From a virus: 64,000 bases of DNA. Positions 59,691 to 64,000 of the stretch are shown in pieces. Where the stretch lies: IMG/VR virus record IMGVR_UViG_3300025030_000006; one strand, written 5' to 3'. The stretch's first letter is position 1; every line of letters starts with the position of its first letter. The notes beneath the pieces were generated by a model. That model was not told the origin of the DNA. It worked only from the letters and a program-made list of their open reading frames with translations, and did not search any database. The position numbers were made by a program, and so were the translations under genes.

Positions 59691-60374
59691 TTATGATTCC
59701 ATAAATAAACTATTTACTTCCTCTAAAGTCACAACACGATTATATACACGTACATGGTCAATAAGTCCATCCCAACTGCCATAAGCAGTATGTCCTTTGC
59801 CTATTTGGAACTGAACATACGCAGATGGAGCAGACAGTGTCCCAGTTACCTCGTTAGTATTGTCTAACCAAATAACAACTGAGCCATCGTTAGCCCGAGT
59901 AAATACGACATGGTGCCAATTAGTATTAGTTATTTGTGTTGTACCATTAATCACAGCACCCGCATGAAGTAGACATTGCAAAGCATTAGATGAATCATCT
60001 ACCTGCAAAGATAATGTACCATTCACATTTGTGGCATTTGTAGTAGAAAACAAACATCTTTCATTTGTATAAGCAGTATCATCAGACTTAATCCACATAG
60101 AGATTGAAAAAACAGATAAATTTAATCCGGCATTATTAACATAAAAATAATCATCTGTTCCATCAAAGTTCAGTGCTTCGCCAATATGCCCCAGGCTCCC
60201 AGTAGTCTGAATAGCCCCCACAATAGTAGCATCGTAGGTATTTAATTCATCTTCAAGTGTAGCCCCGTTAATATTATCCATTGTCCAATAAGCAATTAAT
60301 CCATCGGTAGGCGGGGGAGAAATTCCACTACCACCACTAACACCTATTCTTCTCCCACGCATACTAAGAGGCAT
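59691..60374 (-). CDS. LamG/concanavalin-A-like lectin domain protein (tail-fibre-associated)
   Basis: Contains LNFDGTDDYFYV, FSISMWIK, WHHVVFTR and IDHVRVYNRVVTLEE. Confidence 0.7.
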   Translation of the reverse strand: MPLSMRGRRIGVSGGSGISPPPTDGLIAYWTMDNINGATLEDELNTYDATIVGAIQTTGSLGHIGEALNFDGTDDYFYVNNAGLNLSVFSISMWIKSDDTAYTNERCLFSTTNATNVNGTLSLQVDDSSNALQCLLHAGAVINGTTQITNTNWHHVVFTRANDGSVVIWLDNTNEVTGTLSAPSAYVQFQIGKGHTAYGSWDGLIDHVRVYNRVVTLEEVNSLFMES

Positions 60375-61134
60375 GATGGACTCCTGTATACCAAGTTGTG
60401 TCTATTCTAATTGCTTCTACTAATAATTCGCCAGAAGAAGTAACACCAGTTGTATCAATTGTTATTCCTTGTAATGTAATAGAAGAAGGAACAGCCCCGG
60501 CTAATTCCAATCTTAAAGTAGCAGAACAACTTTTACCTATAGGAAGATTGGTAAAAGTAAGTGCTGCATCAACACCAGCACCTATTGTTACTCTTTGTAT
60601 ATTTCCAGCAGCGTAATCAATGTTTGCTGTTCCACTAGAAGCATCTACAGGCCCAACTTCAGTCTCGGAATACCCTCTGAGTTCAATTCCAGTACCAGTC
60701 ACAGGAGTGAACCAATTAGACCGAATAGCAGCAGGATAAAAATTATCGCTTGCTGTGTTTCTATAACCCAAAACAACCCTACCAACACCAACATATCCAG
60801 CAGCAGAACCAGTTGTAATGGTAGTTTTAGAAACAGTTAAAACAGAATTATTTGTTTCATTTAAATCAATATAGGCATATTCATTATCTGATAGTGCAAT
60901 ATTTCCAGCAGCGATCTCATTTGCAATAGCAAGGCCAGCAGCAGATATAAAAATAATCCTCATTTTATCTGACCAAGTAAGGGTGCCGCCTGACCAAGTA
61001 ATATTCCCATCACAATGAAAAAGAAAATTATGCTTATAAGTAATTGCCTTATCTAAACTAGCTAATGCAGGATTTAGTGCATCAGCATCAAATGGTGTTG
61101 TACCATTAATCCATGCAGTATGAAAATTAGGCAT
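60364..61134 (-). CDS. tail-fibre-like structural protein
   Basis: Track ORF. Gly/Thr/Ala-rich beta-type composition. Overlaps flanking genes. Confidence 0.5.
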   Translation of the reverse strand: MPNFHTAWINGTTPFDADALNPALASLDKAITYKHNFLFHCDGNITWSGGTLTWSDKMRIIFISAAGLAIANEIAAGNIALSDNEYAYIDLNETNNSVLTVSKTTITTGSAAGYVGVGRVVLGYRNTASDNFYPAAIRSNWFTPVTGTGIELRGYSETEVGPVDASSGTANIDYAAGNIQRVTIGAGVDAALTFTNLPIGKSCSATLRLELAGAVPSSITLQGITIDTTGVTSSGELLVEAIRIDTTWYTGVHHAS

Positions 61135-61302
61135 TTAAGACTCCTTCGGCGTTAGATATTTACTGATACTTTCTGGAAGCATAGACATAACTTCTTTCAT
61201 TACTTCCTTTGGGTCACGTTGGGTTACTTGAATATTTTGTTGCCTTTCAAGCAATGACCTAATCATTTTTAACTCATTTAAAATTTGTTCTTGCATATTC
61301 AT
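61135..61302 (-). CDS. hypothetical small protein (55 aa)
   Basis: Translated by eye: MNMQEQILNELKMIRSLLERQ... Abuts the next gene. Confidence 0.4.
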   Translation of the reverse strand: MNMQEQILNELKMIRSLLERQQNIQVTQRDPKEVMKEVMSMLPESISKYLTPKES

Positions 61303-61325
61303 TTAACAATCCTTTCGCATTAAGG

Positions 61326-62684
61326 TTATTCTGTAGGCAGGGGCTCACCGATAGGTGCCAAAGCACAATTACTGCCAGTAACAACACCACCTGAAGGACT
61401 TAATCCAACCAAGGATGTAAAACTAAACAGTGGTAAATTTATTCCTAATGATTTCAAATAGCAATATGTAACTGGATGATTTATCACATTTCCAGCTTCA
61501 TCAAGCTGTATAGTTAATGCCACCATGTTCTCAGAGAGAACCGGCGAATGCCATTTAGAGATTTGAACATAATAACCAGGAACACCACCGCTGCTAGAAT
61601 GATAACCTATTGCATCATTACCAACTCTACCATCATTACTGAGATAAAAATCCCCACCAGCATTATTAATTTCAAAAATAACCTCATCTGTCTCATTACT
61701 TACTGGTATATATTGCCTACTGTATTGATCTAATAATTTCCACCTAATTCTTTGAAATCCCGGGAAATCAGCATAAACTATTGGTGAATACAGATAGGGA
61801 TAATTATTGTATTGCCCCATACAAGCAGAACCACCATTTTCAAGTTTATACAAGAAAATCTGTGCAGGAATCGCTTGTGCCCATTCTTTATTTATTTGAT
61901 TCATTTCTATAGTAGATACATAAGTAGAGCCTTTTAGGTTTAACAAAAAGTAAGTTTCATAAACAACCCATTCATCATTAGTCTGGATTTTACCACCAAA
62001 TACAAAAACATGAGCAACCTTAACATGTCCTGAAGGCACAACAGGGTAATTAGCATCAACAGCAGTATTCAAGAAATTAGAACCTTTAACAACGTCCAAA
62101 ACACCATCAGCGCCAACCACAATCAAATCAACTCTGGTATACCCAGCAGCAGGAGGCGCATCAAAAGTAATAGTATGTAATAAACCAACTCCCATATACA
62201 TATTACTGCCTGCTTCCATTGTATAATTATCACCCATTATGGGCAATATATCATCCATCTCATACTCAACACCATTAAGCCTAAAAGTGCCAGAAGCAAC
62301 ACTTACCGACATACTAGCCGGAACCGTTGGCAACACACTAAACCCAGTTAATACCTTATTAGGTGAACCTTCAACAACAGGTGAGGTTGTGCCTGTAGGA
62401 AATGTAGGTACATTCATTCCATGCCCAACTATTTCAAGTATATTCCTATTACCCCCTCTATGAGCCACCCTTACCGCATTGCCACTTTTTAAATACGCTG
62501 GTGTTGATTCCCAATTCTGAGGATATCTAGCGTATAAAAAATTATTAGACCCTTGAATTTTTATTTTACAAATTCGTTGGTCTGGTAATACTTCCCAAAC
62601 AATGGCATCCCTTGTTTCCTGCCTTGATTTGGATATTTCAAAAGCACTTTTTCTTATAAGTTTTCTGTTATTAAATAATCCCAT
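61326..62684 (-). CDS. tail fibre / receptor-binding-like structural protein
   Basis: Track ORF. Position and composition only; no family recognised. Confidence 0.5.
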   Translation of the reverse strand: MGLFNNRKLIRKSAFEISKSRQETRDAIVWEVLPDQRICKIKIQGSNNFLYARYPQNWESTPAYLKSGNAVRVAHRGGNRNILEIVGHGMNVPTFPTGTTSPVVEGSPNKVLTGFSVLPTVPASMSVSVASGTFRLNGVEYEMDDILPIMGDNYTMEAGSNMYMGVGLLHTITFDAPPAAGYTRVDLIVVGADGVLDVVKGSNFLNTAVDANYPVVPSGHVKVAHVFVFGGKIQTNDEWVVYETYFLLNLKGSTYVSTIEMNQINKEWAQAIPAQIFLYKLENGGSACMGQYNNYPYLYSPIVYADFPGFQRIRWKLLDQYSRQYIPVSNETDEVIFEINNAGGDFYLSNDGRVGNDAIGYHSSSGGVPGYYVQISKWHSPVLSENMVALTIQLDEAGNVINHPVTYCYLKSLGINLPLFSFTSLVGLSPSGGVVTGSNCALAPIGEPLPTE

Positions 62685-62685
62685 A

Positions 62686-64000
62686 TTAAACTCTCCAACC
62701 CTCTATTTCATCAATACAATAACCGTTTTCTCCTAACTTCCATTTTCTTTTTAAATCACTGATAAACAATTTTACAGGAAAACCAGTATAAAGATGAGGA
62801 ATCTGAATTGTGTCTCCTTCTTCATCCTGTAAATGGGATATTTTATTAAAAGAAACCCTTCTTCTTTGCATTTTTAAAATCATCATTTCAAATTCAGCAA
62901 CAAAACGACAATCACCAACAGTGTAACACGCAAAGCCTTCCATTAAATTAGAAATAATTTTTCCCATTTCTACTTGGAATTCTGTATCATTTTCAGTATA
63001 TTCCACACTTCGGCGGACATACCCAAGTGGTCTGCCGTGAATTTCATACTGAAAATTAACCACAGAACCCAAAACATTTAATGCTGTCATTATTGCCACG
63101 TTACAAATATAAGAACCAACCGGTTGTGTTTTTCCTCCAATAACAACATCTCCAATAAGCATCCCAGCAACCAATGTAGCAATCGCCCCAGCAAGCACAG
63201 GAGTCAAATCAGGTACATCAACCTCAACAACACAGTATTGTTCATTAATATCAATTTCAGAAATTTCCTCATGCACTTTGCCAACCAAAGTAAAAGCGAT
63301 ACTTCTAGTTGATGATATAACTTCCAAACGAGGATACCTGACTCTTCTACTTTGATCTTCTGAGTAATAAACAGTATAATGTTTTATTCCTCCCCACCAA
63401 CCAATAGTTCCTGACAAACTTTCAACCCGTTCTTCAGCAAATAAAACTTCAATTTCATCCCTTTCTTCTCCTGTAACAATGATTCTATTTACAAAGGAAG
63501 AATATTTATCATCAGGTGTATATTCCAAAATTTTACTTTTATCAGAATAAACATGAGCAACAGAATTGGAATCAGAAATCAGTTCTAAAGTAAAAACATC
63601 ATCAACTGCTATTTTTGGGAAATAACCAAACCGTTTGCAAATAGTATTCACAATTTCAGCAACATTACCCTCAGCCCATTGTGCATCTATTCTTGTACTT
63701 CCCTGCATTGTTGTAGGAATACTAATTTCTTCAGAAGAAAGACCAACATAGTTTGTTAAAAAATCATCCAAAATATTTTCAGGATATTCATTTACATACC
63801 CAACAGAAATTTGATTATCTTCTTCCCATAAAGTTCTTTTATCTTCTGCTTTAACTCTTATTTCAGGATATTCATTTGGGGAATATTTAATTGAATTTTC
63901 AGTTACCGTAAATGTCCCTTGATTATGAAAATATTCAACATCAGATACTTTTTCCCCTGCTTCAAGGGTTATTTTTCTTCCTTTTTTAACATAAGGGGAA
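62686..64000 (-). CDS. baseplate/tail structural protein, 5'-partial (continues beyond the window)
   Basis: Track ORF 62686..63771 begins at an internal TTG. The same frame stays open to position 63999 (..SPYVKKGRKITLEAGEKVSDVEYFHNQG..). Confidence 0.55.
   Translation of the reverse strand, partial: SPYVKKGRKITLEAGEKVSDVEYFHNQGTFTVTENSIKYSPNEYPEIRVKAEDKRTLWEEDNQISVGYVNEYPENILDDFLTNYVGLSSEEISIPTTMQGSTRIDAQWAEGNVAEIVNTICKRFGYFPKIAVDDVFTLELISDSNSVAHVYSDKSKILEYTPDDKYSSFVNRIIVTGEERDEIEVLFAEERVESLSGTIGWWGGIKHYTVYYSEDQSRRVRYPRLEVISSTRSIAFTLVGKVHEEISEIDINEQYCVVEVDVPDLTPVLAGAIATLVAGMLIGDVVIGGKTQPVGSYICNVAIMTALNVLGSVVNFQYEIHGRPLGYVRRSVEYTENDTEFQVEMGKIISNLMEGFACYTVGDCRFVAEFEMMILKMQRRRVSFNKISHLQDEEGDTIQIPHLYTGFPVKLFISDLKRKWKLGENGYCIDEIEGWRV

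Noticed and set aside
59691-62684. Diversity-generating retroelement targeting the LamG/fibre genes
   Set aside because: There is no reverse transcriptase gene in the window, and I could not find any template/variable repeat pair by eye. This cannot be excluded for the rest of the genome.
1-64000. Genome-wide TGA reassignment (genetic code 4 or 25) as the explanation for the interrupted HNH gene and the split polymerase
   Set aside because: TGA is used as a normal stop in many ATGA start/stop overlaps, for example at 891, 1683, 1943, 16645, 23802 and 44545. Large genes are intact under the standard code. Reading through the polymerase TGA hits TAA two codons later.

Overview
The window reads as a contiguous piece of an AT-rich, very gene-dense tailed dsDNA phage or prophage genome. 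There are no rRNA genes and no CRISPR array. All family names below come from motifs I recognised by eye and from memory; no database search was run.

Organisation, in four transcription blocks:
- 1..3335 (+): small early-type ORFs, ending at a bidirectional terminator.
- 3438..9323 (-): a lipoprotein, a Cys-peptidase-like protein, a secreted DUF1524-type nuclease, an HNH gene and many tiny ORFs.
- About 9324..10390: a control region of about 1 kb containing repeats and promoters.
- 9865..56325 (+): small genes, nearly all preceded by an AAAGGAGA-type RBS, followed by a replication, recombination and nucleotide-metabolism module.
- 56391..64000 (-): a tail-fibre/baseplate-like block with a LamG-type lectin domain and two GT9-like glycosyltransferases.

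Contents of the replication, recombination and nucleotide-metabolism module:
- A family A DNA polymerase encoded as two fragments, with a UDG-like N-terminal domain.
- An AAA+ ATPase interrupted by a group I intron that carries an HNH ORF.
- DUF1257, DUF2997 and DUF3150-like genes.
- UvsY-like, gp32-like SSB and RecA/UvsX-like genes.
- A Rad50/SbcC split at its zinc hook, plus Mre11/SbcD.
- ThyX, a flap endonuclease, a DnaB-like helicase, dUTPase, an SF2 helicase, a DnaG-like primase and a CHAP/TIGR02594-like lysin.

One tRNA, Leu(UAA), is present.

Most notable observations:
1. An HNH gene has an in-frame UGA at a conserved Cys position, followed by a hairpin whose GGUC loop sits at the same spacing as in the E. 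coli fdhF SECIS. This is a candidate phage selenoprotein.
2. A short basic-aromatic tail (INR[RK]F[HD]F) recurs on several adjacent proteins and on the N-terminal polymerase fragment. A wider basic [KR][KR]-h-x-h motif occurs on many protein termini.
3. One gene encodes 49 exact C-x-x triplets and is bracketed by 37-bp direct repeats.
4. A 184-nt rod-like structured element lies downstream of the SSB gene.
5. The Rad50 and PolA genes are split.
6. Several frame disruptions coincide with A-runs.
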